A stretch of 64,000 nucleotides of DNA from Bacteroidota bacterium (GTDB taxonomy: Bacteria; Bacteroidota; Bacteroidia; Bacteroidales; GWA2-32-17), in the NCBI GenBank assembly GCA_037441645.1, contig JBBIRU010000010.1, forward strand, positions 34,544 to 98,543, read 5' to 3'. Numbering within the stretch: position 1 is the first letter of the stretch; the number at the start of each line of letters is the position of its first letter. Shown here in pieces: positions 1 through 8,962 of this stretch. A program made the position numbers and the translations under genes. The notes under the pieces are model-generated. The model worked only from the letters and a program-made list of their open reading frames with translations, was not told the DNA's origin and ran no database searches.

Positions 1-2615
1 TCGGCAGCCACTTTTGCTGCATCGTTGATTTGTTTTGCAGCATCTCTGGCAGTTGACATCATCTTCTCGCACTGAGCATTGGCTTCGTTCATAAGTTTAT
101 CAGCCTGTTCCTGGGCTTTCTTTATTGCGTCTGCCTTAGCTTTTCCAACTTCTTCGTTAATCTTATCCACTACCTGGTCTTTCACATTTTCGGCAGCACT
201 TTTGGCCTGGTCTTTCAAATTAAATTTAATTTCGGGCTTTGTTATTAAACCGGTAATTAATCCTTTGATATCAATAAATTCGGGAACTTTTATATTCAAC
301 CCAACATTGCCTGCCTGGGAAGATAAATTGCCCAACACTTCGTTAGCTGCACTTCCCAATTCTGATGTAGGAACTTTAAAATTCATAAAATAATCGGCTA
401 TCTGGTCAATGCCTTGTTTACCTCCGAATTCCATATCGGTTTTACCAATCTTAGTAACGACAGGTTCTATTTCAATATTGCCATTTATTATTTTAAATTT
501 CAGGTTCGTATTCTGAAGAGTCAAGGTTTTGTATTTATCGGTTTTAAGAACCTGCGAAAGTTTATCGAGAACTTCAGAATTGCTTAATGTAAGCGCTTTT
601 GTATTCAGAATTCCTTCGCCATTTATGGTTTTCATTTCGGGTTCCATTTTCTGTGTCAATTTTCCGTTGAAACTCAAACCAACTGAAATTTTTCCGGAAC
701 ATTTTTCTGCAATGGGTGCTATTTTTTGTATTGTTTCAAATGACTGGAAAGTCTTTTTCACGTCAAATTCTTTGATATCCATTCTCATATCAATGTCAGG
801 ATTCGGAGTTCCTTTTGTTGAATAATACCCGCTCATTGACATAGAGCCATCCAGCAGTTCCATATTTAATCCATTCATTTCAACTTTCCCATCGCGAATA
901 ATTACTGATCCTTTGGTATTTTTAATTTCCAGTTTATCGTACAGCATGTTACCAATTGCAGAATTCAACACAAAGTCAATATTTTCGGGCACTTCAAAAG
1001 CTGTTAACGAAGAGGTATCTGTGGTTGTCGCTTCAGTTGCTGCCGACTCCCCACCCATCAACTGATTAATGTTAAGATTTCCAGAAGTAAAATTAAAGAC
1101 GCCTTTTAAAAGCTCATCGCGGAAAACATAAGCCAGGAAATTTTCAATTTTACCGCTCATGGCAAAATCGCTGTTTCCCATCTTTGCATTGAAACTTTTC
1201 AGATCGAAATATTTTGGCGTGACTTCCATGGCTGCTGTTTCAATATTTACAGGCGCCGATAGATCTTTGCTGGTGTAATTTATTCCTGAAAGTTCAATAT
1301 TTCCTACGGCTTTAAAATCCTCGTACTTTTCCTGTTCAATCTGCGACATACGTCCTGCAAAATCCACATCGGCTTTTACCACACCTGCCAGAGAAGCATC
1401 TTCAACCGGCATAAATGATTTTACAGAGGCCAGATCGAGAGTTCCTTTTACCATTCCATCCATATTGGCATCGCTTACAGGCGTAGACACATGCAGACGC
1501 ATATCGAAAGGACTTCCTCCGAGATCGACATGAAATTTTTTAACGTCAATTATTGTATTATCAGGTTGACCGTCTTTGTTATCAACCACTATATCAACAT
1601 TAATATTCTGAACTGATGCCGGAAGTGACGGATACTTGAAACTACCGTTTTCTATCAATAATTTCACACCAAATCCAGGCATAATACTATCGTTGTATGT
1701 TCCTTTCACATTACCGCCGAATCCAATTTTACCGGTAGTTTTCACATTTGCAAAATCATTCATATAAACTGCAGGAACCATAGACAGAAGGTTTCGGAAA
1801 TCGGTCTTCTTTGCTTCAAAAGTAAGGTCCATAACAATGTCATTGGCAGGCATCGCCACAAAACCATTCAATCCTAATTCAAGTTCATTTAATTTCAGGT
1901 TATTATCTTTAAATGTATATTTCGATTTTTCAAGGTCAGCGTCAATACCGGCAGAAATTTCAACTTTTGATTTATTAATGTATTTCACTCCGTCATAAGC
2001 TAATGAAAATGAGTCGATACTGGCTTTAGTTTCGAGCGAAGTAAACACATCGGTTAAATCGCCTTTCAATAAAAACTGCAGGTTTTTTAAATCCATCCAG
2101 AAACCCAGGTCTTTATCATCATAAACAACATTCCCGTTAATTATTTCAAACTTTTTTAATGCCAGCTTAAAATGAGTGGCAGAAGTATCGCTTGTTCCGG
2201 AAGTATCGGTTGAGGGTTTCATAATATCCCAGTTAGCCTTACCGCCTTTCAGAACTTTAATATGAACTTTGGGATTATTTAATTCAATTCCTTTAATCTT
2301 AATCTGGTCGCCAAATACACTGAATAAATCGAGCTCAGTTGAGAGTTTATCGAATGTAACCAGGGTATCTTTTTCAAAATCTTCAACACCAATTATGATA
2401 AGTTTATTCAGATCCAGGGTGATATTTGGAAAATTACTGAAAATTCCCAGGTCGATCTCACCAAAATCAACTTTTGCATTAAGATTATTGTTAATTTCTT
2501 TTTTTGCGTATTCAATAATCTTATCTTTAAATATAAAAGGTACAGCTATTAACAGAATCAATAATACAAAAAGAGTAATAAATAAATACTTCAGGATTTT
2601 TTTAACGGCTTTCAT
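1..2615 (-). CDS. AsmA-family envelope biogenesis protein (C-terminus runs off the window edge)
   Basis: A reverse-strand ATG at 2615-2613 reads MKAVKKILKYLFITLFVLLILLIAVPFIFKDKIIEYAKKEINNNLNAKVDFGEIDL, an N-terminal membrane anchor followed by an AsmA-like body. The stretches I translated by hand are open, and the lack of any tracked ORF over 826-2268 fits one long edge-truncated ORF. It is probably missing from the ORF track because it has no stop in the window. The + strand ORFs at 79-393, 529-825 and 2269-2658 look like antisense artefacts. Confidence 0.65.
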   Translation of the reverse strand, partial: MKAVKKILKYLFITLFVLLILLIAVPFIFKDKIIEYAKKEINNNLNAKVDFGEIDLGIFSNFPNITLDLNKLIIIGVEDFEKDTLVTFDKLSTELDLFSVFGDQIKIKGIELNNPKVHIKVLKGGKANWDIMKPSTDTSGTSDTSATHFKLALKKFEIINGNVVYDDKDLGFWMDLKNLQFLLKGDLTDVFTSLETKASIDSFSLAYDGVKYINKSKVEISAGIDADLEKSKYTFKDNNLKLNELELGLNGFVAMPANDIVMDLTFEAKKTDFRNLLSMVPAVYMNDFANVKTTGKIGFGGNVKGTYNDSIMPGFGVKLLIENGSFKYPSLPASVQNINVDIVVDNKDGQPDNTIIDVKKFHVDLGGSPFDMRLHVSTPVSDANMDGMVKGTLDLASVKSFMPVEDASLAGVVKADVDFAGRMSQIEQEKYEDFKAVGNIELSGINYTSKDLSAPVNIETAAMEVTPKYFDLKSFNAKMGNSDFAMSGKIENFLAYVFRDELLKGVFNFTSGNLNINQLMGGESAATEATTTDTSSLTAFEVPENIDFVLNSAIGNMLYDKLEIKNTKGSVIIRDGKVEMNGLNMELLDGSMSMSGYYSTKGTPNPDIDMRMDIKEFDVKKTFQSFETIQKIAPIAEKCSGKISVGLSFNGKLTQKMEPEMKTINGEGILNTKALTLSNSEVLDKLSQVLKTDKYKTLTLQNTNLKFKIINGNIEIEPVVTKIGKTDMEFGGKQGIDQIADYFMNFKVPTSELGSAANEVLGNLSSQAGNVGLNIKVPEFIDIKGLITGLITKPEIKFNLKDQAKSAAENVKDQVVDKINEEVGKAKADAIKKAQEQADKLMNEANAQCEKMMSTARDAAKQINDAAKVAA

Positions 2616-2925
2616 AGTTTATGTGTATTTAGGATTTGATTTCAAAATTAATATTTAATTGACATTTTAAGTGTAAAAAATGATAATTTAGCAAATCCTT
2701 TTTCAATAAAACTTTAAAAAAAAGATTTTCTATTTTAAAATACATATTGACTTAAATGGTTAATATGAAGCCTGTTCAGGTATTTTCAAAAGAAGATATG
2801 ATAACAGGGCAGCAAAATCCGGAGTTATACTTTATAATAACCGGGATTGTTTTTATTCTTTTTCGGCCTTATATTTTTCATTCTCTGAACAACTCATCGA
2901 AACAACTATTTAATCACATTTTATT

Positions 2926-2933
2926 TACCTTTG
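2926..2933 (+). promoter_or_regulatory. Bacteroidota-type -7 promoter box (TAccTTTG) upstream of trmD
   Basis: tacctttg matches TAnnTTTG and lies 17 nt upstream of the ATG at 2950. No clear -33 TTTG was seen. Confidence 0.4.
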
Positions 2934-2949
2934 CATAAATCCTATTTAA

Positions 2950-3627
2950 ATGCGCTTTGATATTATTACAGTATTGCCGGAATTGCTGCAAAGCCCCTTT
3001 GATCACTCTATAGTTAAACGCGCAAAAGATAACGGAATAGCAGAGATTGAACTGCATAATCTACGCGATTTTACTAACAACAAACACCGCCAGGTTGATG
3101 ATTATCCTTTCAGCGGAAAAGGCGGTATGGTGTTAATGATTGAACCCATTTATAAAGCTATCACTCATTTAAAGTCGCTCAGGGATTACGACGAAATAAT
3201 TTACACTTCGCCGGATGGTGAATTGTTCGATCAGAAAATGGCAAACACACTATCTTTAAAAAAGAACATATTAATTCTCTGCGGCCATTATAAGGGGATA
3301 GATCATCGCATTCGCGAGCATTTAATTACCCGCGAAGTAAGTATAGGAGATTATGTTATGACAGGCGGCGAAATGGCGGCAGCGGTTATGGTCGACAGTA
3401 TTATCCGGCTGATACCAGGCGCTATCGGCGATGAATCTTCCGCTCTCTCCGATTCTTTCCAGGATGATTTGCTTGCCCCTCCCGTATACACGCGCCCTGC
3501 AGAATTCAACGGATGGAAAGTACCTGAGATATTGTTATCGGGAAACGAAAAAGAAATTGACGAATGGAAACATAACATTTCACTTGAAAGAACAAAAAAA
3601 CTGAGACCTGGTTTACTTAAAGAATAA
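2950..3627 (+). CDS. trmD: tRNA (guanine37-N1)-methyltransferase TrmD
   Basis: 225 aa. [13 protein letters not shown] at the N-terminus, and the GHYKGIDHR and [13 protein letters not shown] motifs are typical of TrmD. Confidence 0.95.
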   Translation: MRFDIITVLPELLQSPFDHSIVKRAKDNGIAEIELHNLRDFTNNKHRQVDDYPFSGKGGMVLMIEPIYKAITHLKSLRDYDEIIYTSPDGELFDQKMANTLSLKKNILILCGHYKGIDHRIREHLITREVSIGDYVMTGGEMAAAVMVDSIIRLIPGAIGDESSALSDSFQDDLLAPPVYTRPAEFNGWKVPEILLSGNEKEIDEWKHNISLERTKKLRPGLLKE

Positions 3628-3635
3628 TAAATCAT

Positions 3636-6308
3636 TTATATTCTTATACCAATTACTGTAACATCATCAATCTGTTCACCTTTCCCCCTCCATTTATCAA
3701 AAGCATTTTCAAGAATTTCCTTTTGTCCGGACATAGGTTTCTGATTGTTCTGAAGTAATATTTCCTTGAATTGTTTGTACATAAATTTCCTGCTTTTTGG
3801 TCCGCCAAACTGGTCGGCAAAACCATCAGTAAACAAATAAAGACTATCCCCTTTTTCAAGTTGTAAATCATTAACTTTAAAAGGATCCATCAGCAGGTGA
3901 ATGGCTATGGGCATTTTATCGCCTTTTATTTCAATAAGCTCATCATTTCTGAGAAAATAAAGCGGATTATTTGCACCGGCAAACTGAAGTTCAAGGGTTT
4001 CTTTATTTATAGAAATTAACGCCATATCCATTCCATCCTTCTGCTCGCCCATCGTCCCTTTTTGTTTCAAAACATGAATAATTTCCTTGCGCAGACGCTT
4101 TAATATAATACCCGGATTGGTCATGTATTCTTTAACAACAATTTCTCTTAAAAATGAAATACCGAGCATACTCATAAATGCCCCTGGAACACCGTGCCCT
4201 GTACAATCCGAGACTGCAATTATCAAATGGCCTTCAACTTCCGCCCACCAGTAAAAATCGCCACTGACTTTATCTTTTGGCTTATATATTACAAAGTGAT
4301 CAGAAATAACATCTTTAATCAGATCAAGGTTTGGCAGAATAGCGGCCTGAAGCCGTGTGGCATAATCAATACTCTGAGAAACTTCATTATGAATTAATTC
4401 TATTTGTTCTTTTTGGGAAATAACCAAGTCCCGCTGGGCTTCTATTTCATCGCGCTGGGTTGAGATTTCTTCGTTTTGCTGGTTAAGCATGAAGTTTTTT
4501 TCGTCAACCATTTGTTTTTGTTCTTCTATAATACCTTTTTGCTTGCGGGTGATACGAAGTGAACGGAAAATAAGAACTGCAATTATTGCCAGCAATATCA
4601 ATCCCGAAACCACAAACCCGATAACTATTTTTTGTTTTTTGCTTTCAGCTTTTTGCCTGCCCAATTCAATGTTTTTTATTTCCATGGCTTTGCTGTTTGC
4701 AATGCTGTCGGCAGTCGCCTGCTTCTCGTATTGGTACTGGAAGTATTTCTGCTGAACAAGCTTCTGATTATCTTCCTTACTTATACTATCGCGCATTGCT
4801 ATATATTCGCCATAATATTGCCGTGACAATTTATAATTTCCCAGTTTTGAGTATATTTCATCCAAAAGTTTAGCGGCATCTTTTATATCCTGGACATAAC
4901 CCGTTTCTTTTGTAATGTTATATTCCCTTAGTGCACAGGCTAAAGCTTTCTGAGTTTCATTATTTCTCAAATATATTTTTCCAAGGTTATTTAAAGATGC
5001 GGATATGCCGCTTTTTTCGCCAAGTTCTTCATTAATCTTTAAACTTCTGCTGAAATATTCCAGGGCTTCAGAATAGTCGCCTTTATTAGAATAAATGAGT
5101 CCCATGCTGTTTAATGATGCTGAAACACCGCTTTTATCGCCAATTTCTTCACGAATCTTTAAACTTCTGTTATTATATTCAAGAGCTTTTTTTAATAAAG
5201 AATCATTCGCTATGTTGTCGTTTCTCAACATTGCTTCACTGGCCTGGTCCGAGTAAACAATCCCGATATTATTAAGTGTTAATGAGATACCGCTCTTATC
5301 ACCGATTTCCTCCAGTATCTTTAAGCTTTTATTATAATATTCAAGAGCTTTTGGCACATCATCCTGTTCGGAATACAGCATTCCAAAGTTGATTAAGGCA
5401 TTTGAGATGCCTTTTTTATCACCAAGCTCTTCAAGAATTCTTAAACTCCTGTTAAAATATTCCAATGATCTGGGAATATCGCCCTGATTATAATAAATAA
5501 CTCCGATGGTGTTCAAAGAAAATGATATACCGCTTTTATCGCCCAGTTCCTCATCAATTTTTAAACTTTTGTTGTAATATTCCAGAGCCTTTGGAATATC
5601 GCCCTGGTTGTAATAAACGATTCCTATATTGTATAAAGTAGTGGAGATTCTGCCTTTGTTATCAAGTTCGGTACTTATCTTCAGACTCTTGTTGTAATAA
5701 TCTAATGCTTTTTTGTAGTCACCCAGCGTTGCGTATATAAGTCCTGTACTGTTCAACGAATAGGAAATTCCGTTCTTATCTCCGATTTCTTCGCGGGCTT
5801 TTAAACTTTGATTATAGTAATCAAGGGCTTTGGTATAATCACTTTGCCTGTAACATCGGAGTCCGTTTCTGTAAATCGTATTGGCTTTATATTTCAGACA
5901 ACTGTTTTTAAAAATGGCCGACTGATTTAAAGCAAGGTTTTTCTTTGCCAGAGCTTCTATTTGTTTGTCATAAATACTGCTTAGTGAATCATTATTCTCA
6001 GTCTTTGACATTTCATCAAGTATCCGCAACCGGATACTGTCATGCTTTGCAGTTTTAAGAACAAGTTTAAGGGAATCAATAAACTTATCCTGGGCATAAA
6101 CATGAACAGTTGAACAAACGAAAAACAGAAAAATAAAAAATAAAAAATAAAAATTATACTTACACCTATTCCTGAAACTTATAAAAAAAATCACATGGAA
6201 GACATCTCTCCTTAAAGAGTTAAAAGATGCTGCAAGTTGAAAAGAATCATTATACGCGGTTTGCCGGAGTACTTTATTATATTTGAAAGCTTTCATAAAC
6301 TTCGACAA
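3636..6308 (-). CDS. TPR-repeat sensor protein with a transmembrane helix, coiled coil and C-terminal SpoIIE/PP2C-type serine phosphatase domain
   Basis: It has about 10 copies of a 40-aa TPR unit (GDxxKALEYYNKSLKIxEELGDKxGIS), a TM helix (IVIGFVVSGLILLAIIAVLIF), a heptad coiled coil (EEISTQRDEIEAQRDLV) and SpoIIE motifs (SGDFYWW, AVSDCTGHGVPGAFMSMLG, DGMDMAL, LFTDGFADQFGG). The start is uncertain. The track start at 6308 is TTG, an ATG lies at 6296, and a GTG at 6194 would give a cleaner signal peptide ending in VHVYAQ. Confidence 0.85.
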   Translation of the reverse strand: MSKFMKAFKYNKVLRQTAYNDSFQLAASFNSLRRDVFHVIFFISFRNRCKYNFYFLFFIFLFFVCSTVHVYAQDKFIDSLKLVLKTAKHDSIRLRILDEMSKTENNDSLSSIYDKQIEALAKKNLALNQSAIFKNSCLKYKANTIYRNGLRCYRQSDYTKALDYYNQSLKAREEIGDKNGISYSLNSTGLIYATLGDYKKALDYYNKSLKISTELDNKGRISTTLYNIGIVYYNQGDIPKALEYYNKSLKIDEELGDKSGISFSLNTIGVIYYNQGDIPRSLEYFNRSLRILEELGDKKGISNALINFGMLYSEQDDVPKALEYYNKSLKILEEIGDKSGISLTLNNIGIVYSDQASEAMLRNDNIANDSLLKKALEYNNRSLKIREEIGDKSGVSASLNSMGLIYSNKGDYSEALEYFSRSLKINEELGEKSGISASLNNLGKIYLRNNETQKALACALREYNITKETGYVQDIKDAAKLLDEIYSKLGNYKLSRQYYGEYIAMRDSISKEDNQKLVQQKYFQYQYEKQATADSIANSKAMEIKNIELGRQKAESKKQKIVIGFVVSGLILLAIIAVLIFRSLRITRKQKGIIEEQKQMVDEKNFMLNQQNEEISTQRDEIEAQRDLVISQKEQIELIHNEVSQSIDYATRLQAAILPNLDLIKDVISDHFVIYKPKDKVSGDFYWWAEVEGHLIIAVSDCTGHGVPGAFMSMLGISFLREIVVKEYMTNPGIILKRLRKEIIHVLKQKGTMGEQKDGMDMALISINKETLELQFAGANNPLYFLRNDELIEIKGDKMPIAIHLLMDPFKVNDLQLEKGDSLYLFTDGFADQFGGPKSRKFMYKQFKEILLQNNQKPMSGQKEILENAFDKWRGKGEQIDDVTVIGIRI

Positions 6309-6319
6309 AAATAATAAAG

Positions 6320-8788
6320 TTAAATTCTTATTCCTAATACTGTAACGTCATCTATTTGTTCGAGCTTACCTTTCCAATTTTCAAAAGCAGTTTCAAGTAT
6401 TTCTTTCTGCCCAGGCATTGTATTATGACTATTATGAATCAATAATTCTTTAAGTTGCTTATACATAAATTTTTTGCCTTTAGGCCCGCCAAACTGGTCG
6501 GCAAATCCATCGGTAAAAAGATAAATACAATCACCTTTCTCTAAAATTAATTTATGGTTTGTAAAGTCTCTCATTTCCGGATAGATAGCTATGGGCATTT
6601 TATCACCCTTCAGTTCGTCAAGCTGAAAGTCAGAAAGTTGAAAGCTGTTCTCTACAGGTTTTTCACTTTCTACTTTCTCACTTTCCGGCTTTATAAGCTT
6701 TTTAACTATATAAATAGGATTATTCGCTCCTGCCCATTGGCACTCATTTGTATCGGTATTTATTACGAGTAAAGAGATATCCATTCCATCTTTTTGTTCT
6801 CCCTGCACTCCCTTCTGCTGAAGGGCATTTATTATTTCTGTCCGTAAAATATTTAAAACATGGTTTGCTTTATGTACTTCCTGTTTTTGTACTATTTCAT
6901 TCAGAAAACTAATTCCCAGCATAGACATAAATGCACCGGGTACTCCATGGCCTGTGCAATCGGCTACGGCTACTATAAGCCATTGTCTAACTTTTGTTGT
7001 AAAATAGAAATCGCCTGAAACTATGTCTTTCGGTTTGAAAAAAACAAAGTGCTCGCCTAAAACTGAACGGGAGGCATTACTGACAGGTAATACGGCTTCC
7101 TGAATCCGCCTGGCATAAGTTATACTGTCGGTAACTTCTTTATGTATTTCTTCGATCCGCTCTTTTTGTTCAGTTACAAGGTCACGCTGGGCTTCGATTT
7201 CGTCACGCTGGGCTTCGATCTCATCGCGCTGAGTCGATATTTCTTCTTTCTGCTGGAAAATTTCTGTATTTTGTTGAGCCAGTAAGATATTCGCTTTCTT
7301 TTTTTGCAGAAATAAACGGTATAAAAGAATAGAAAAAATAAAAATCAGGATAAACCCGGCTACAAAAGAAATTATTAATATCCGCTGTTTCCTGTTTTCG
7401 GCTGTCTTTGCAACTATGGTTTGCTTATCCAGTTCTTTCTGCTTCGCCATCTTCTCTATTTCCAGTTGTTTCTTTTCCGACTGGTACTTGGTTTCCATTT
7501 CTGTAAGAGCTTTGGTCTTTTCTTCGCTAAACATACTGTCCCTGGTCGCTATGTATATTTCGGCATATGCAAGGGCTTTGGACGTATTCCCAATTCCTTT
7601 GTAAGCATCTTTCAGATGCGAGGCAGCTTCATTTATTCTAAGAGTTGCTTTAATTTCCTGAGCAAGTTTAATTGCTTTTAATCCATAATTTATCGCTTCC
7701 TTATAATGATTTTGTTTTTCGGCTATAGAATTTGACATTGAATCGGCTATGGTTAAATGCAATAAAGAAATATTTCCATAAACCAGGCTTAAACTATTAA
7801 TATCTCCAAGCTCTTCATCTATTTTTAATGATTTTAAATAATATTCAATAGCTTTATCATAATTTTTCTGTGTTGTGCAAATATTACCAAGATTGCCATA
7901 ACATGCAGCTATATCTTCTTTATTTCCAAGCTCTTCTCCAATTTTCAATGCTTTATAACAATATTCTTTTGCTTTATCATAATTCTTTAAATGCTTATAA
8001 CTAATACACAAATTACTATAACATTGCGACATTCCTTTTTTATCACCTATTTCTTCTTTTAATTTCAAAGCCTTTAAATAATAATCAATAGCTTTATCGA
8101 AATTATTCAGTTCTTCCTGTATAATTCCAATATTATTGTAACAGCCAGATATTCCGTTTTTATAATCTGCTGCCTCATATATTTTCAATGTTTTAATAAA
8201 GTATTCTATGGCCTTATCATATTGACTTGTTACCCTGTATATATTTCCAATATTTCCGTAACAGGAAGCCATTTTCTTTTTATCATCCAGTTTTTCAAAA
8301 ATTTTAAAGGATTTAAAATAGTATTCAAGAGCACTTTCGTATCTTCCTTTATCAGAATTAATTATACCAAAATACGAATAACAACTGGCCATTCCGATCT
8401 GAGATTTTTTTTCAAATTTCCTATCCCTGGCTATTTCCGAGTAGATATGAAAAGCTTTGTCAAGTATTACACCAGCGGTATCATCCTCTCCCCTGAAATT
8501 AATAAACTCCCAGCCTATTGCCTGAAGCGCCTTTGCATACAAATATTGCGAATTATGGTCATTCGTTTGTAATTTCGTCAGTTCTATGGCTTTATTATAA
8601 AAGCAGATAGCTGAATCCGGATTTGCCATATTATACTGGCATCCTATTTCATAATTTAATCTTGCCTTTAAGGTATCCTGTTTAGCCTGTCTTAGGCTAA
8701 TACGAAGGCTGTCAATTTCTTTGTTCTGTGAAAACACAAAGAAGTATACATGAAAAAGAAGTATAGTAAAAGTAATTGAAAACTTCAT
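6320..8788 (-). CDS. TPR-repeat / TM / coiled-coil / SpoIIE-PP2C phosphatase, a tandem paralog of 3636-6308
   Basis: Same architecture as its neighbour: a signal peptide (MKFSITFTILLFHVYFFVFSQ), TPR units, a TM helix (ILIISFVAGFILIFIFSILLY), a coiled coil, then SGDFYF, AVADCTGHGVPGAFMSMLG and LFTDGFADQFGGPKG. Confidence 0.85.
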   Translation of the reverse strand: MKFSITFTILLFHVYFFVFSQNKEIDSLRISLRQAKQDTLKARLNYEIGCQYNMANPDSAICFYNKAIELTKLQTNDHNSQYLYAKALQAIGWEFINFRGEDDTAGVILDKAFHIYSEIARDRKFEKKSQIGMASCYSYFGIINSDKGRYESALEYYFKSFKIFEKLDDKKKMASCYGNIGNIYRVTSQYDKAIEYFIKTLKIYEAADYKNGISGCYNNIGIIQEELNNFDKAIDYYLKALKLKEEIGDKKGMSQCYSNLCISYKHLKNYDKAKEYCYKALKIGEELGNKEDIAACYGNLGNICTTQKNYDKAIEYYLKSLKIDEELGDINSLSLVYGNISLLHLTIADSMSNSIAEKQNHYKEAINYGLKAIKLAQEIKATLRINEAASHLKDAYKGIGNTSKALAYAEIYIATRDSMFSEEKTKALTEMETKYQSEKKQLEIEKMAKQKELDKQTIVAKTAENRKQRILIISFVAGFILIFIFSILLYRLFLQKKKANILLAQQNTEIFQQKEEISTQRDEIEAQRDEIEAQRDLVTEQKERIEEIHKEVTDSITYARRIQEAVLPVSNASRSVLGEHFVFFKPKDIVSGDFYFTTKVRQWLIVAVADCTGHGVPGAFMSMLGISFLNEIVQKQEVHKANHVLNILRTEIINALQQKGVQGEQKDGMDISLLVINTDTNECQWAGANNPIYIVKKLIKPESEKVESEKPVENSFQLSDFQLDELKGDKMPIAIYPEMRDFTNHKLILEKGDCIYLFTDGFADQFGGPKGKKFMYKQLKELLIHNSHNTMPGQKEILETAFENWKGKLEQIDDVTVLGIRI
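7181..7243. repeat. 21-bp in-frame tandem repeat inside the coiled-coil region (two near-identical copies plus a degenerate third)
   Basis: gtcacgctgggcttcgatttc (7181-7201), gtcacgctgggcttcgatctc (7202-7222) and atcgcgctgagtcgatatttc (7223-7243). On the minus strand these encode QRDEIEAQRDEIEAQRD. The paralog at about 4428-4469 has one unit fewer. Confidence 0.9.
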
Positions 8789-8962
8789 TTATATACAAAG
8801 GAAATAAATACAAATGTAAAAATGTAAATGATTCCTTCAACCTCTCAGAATTACCTTTCACAAATAAATATAAAATCCCGGTAATTACTTCTAAAATTGG
8901 CTTGTAGAGTTGTAATGATGAAAAGTTAAAATGAACGTTTAGTTTTATTTATGAAAAAATCT

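Noticed and set aside
2756-2938. 60-aa ORF in the AsmA/trmD divergent spacer
   Set aside because: It lies in AT-rich promoter DNA and overlaps the TAnnTTTG box of trmD. No supporting features.
7181-7243. Possible CRISPR or minisatellite
   Set aside because: There are only 2-3 adjacent copies with no spacers, they are in frame, and they lie within a coding coiled coil. No cas genes are present in the window.
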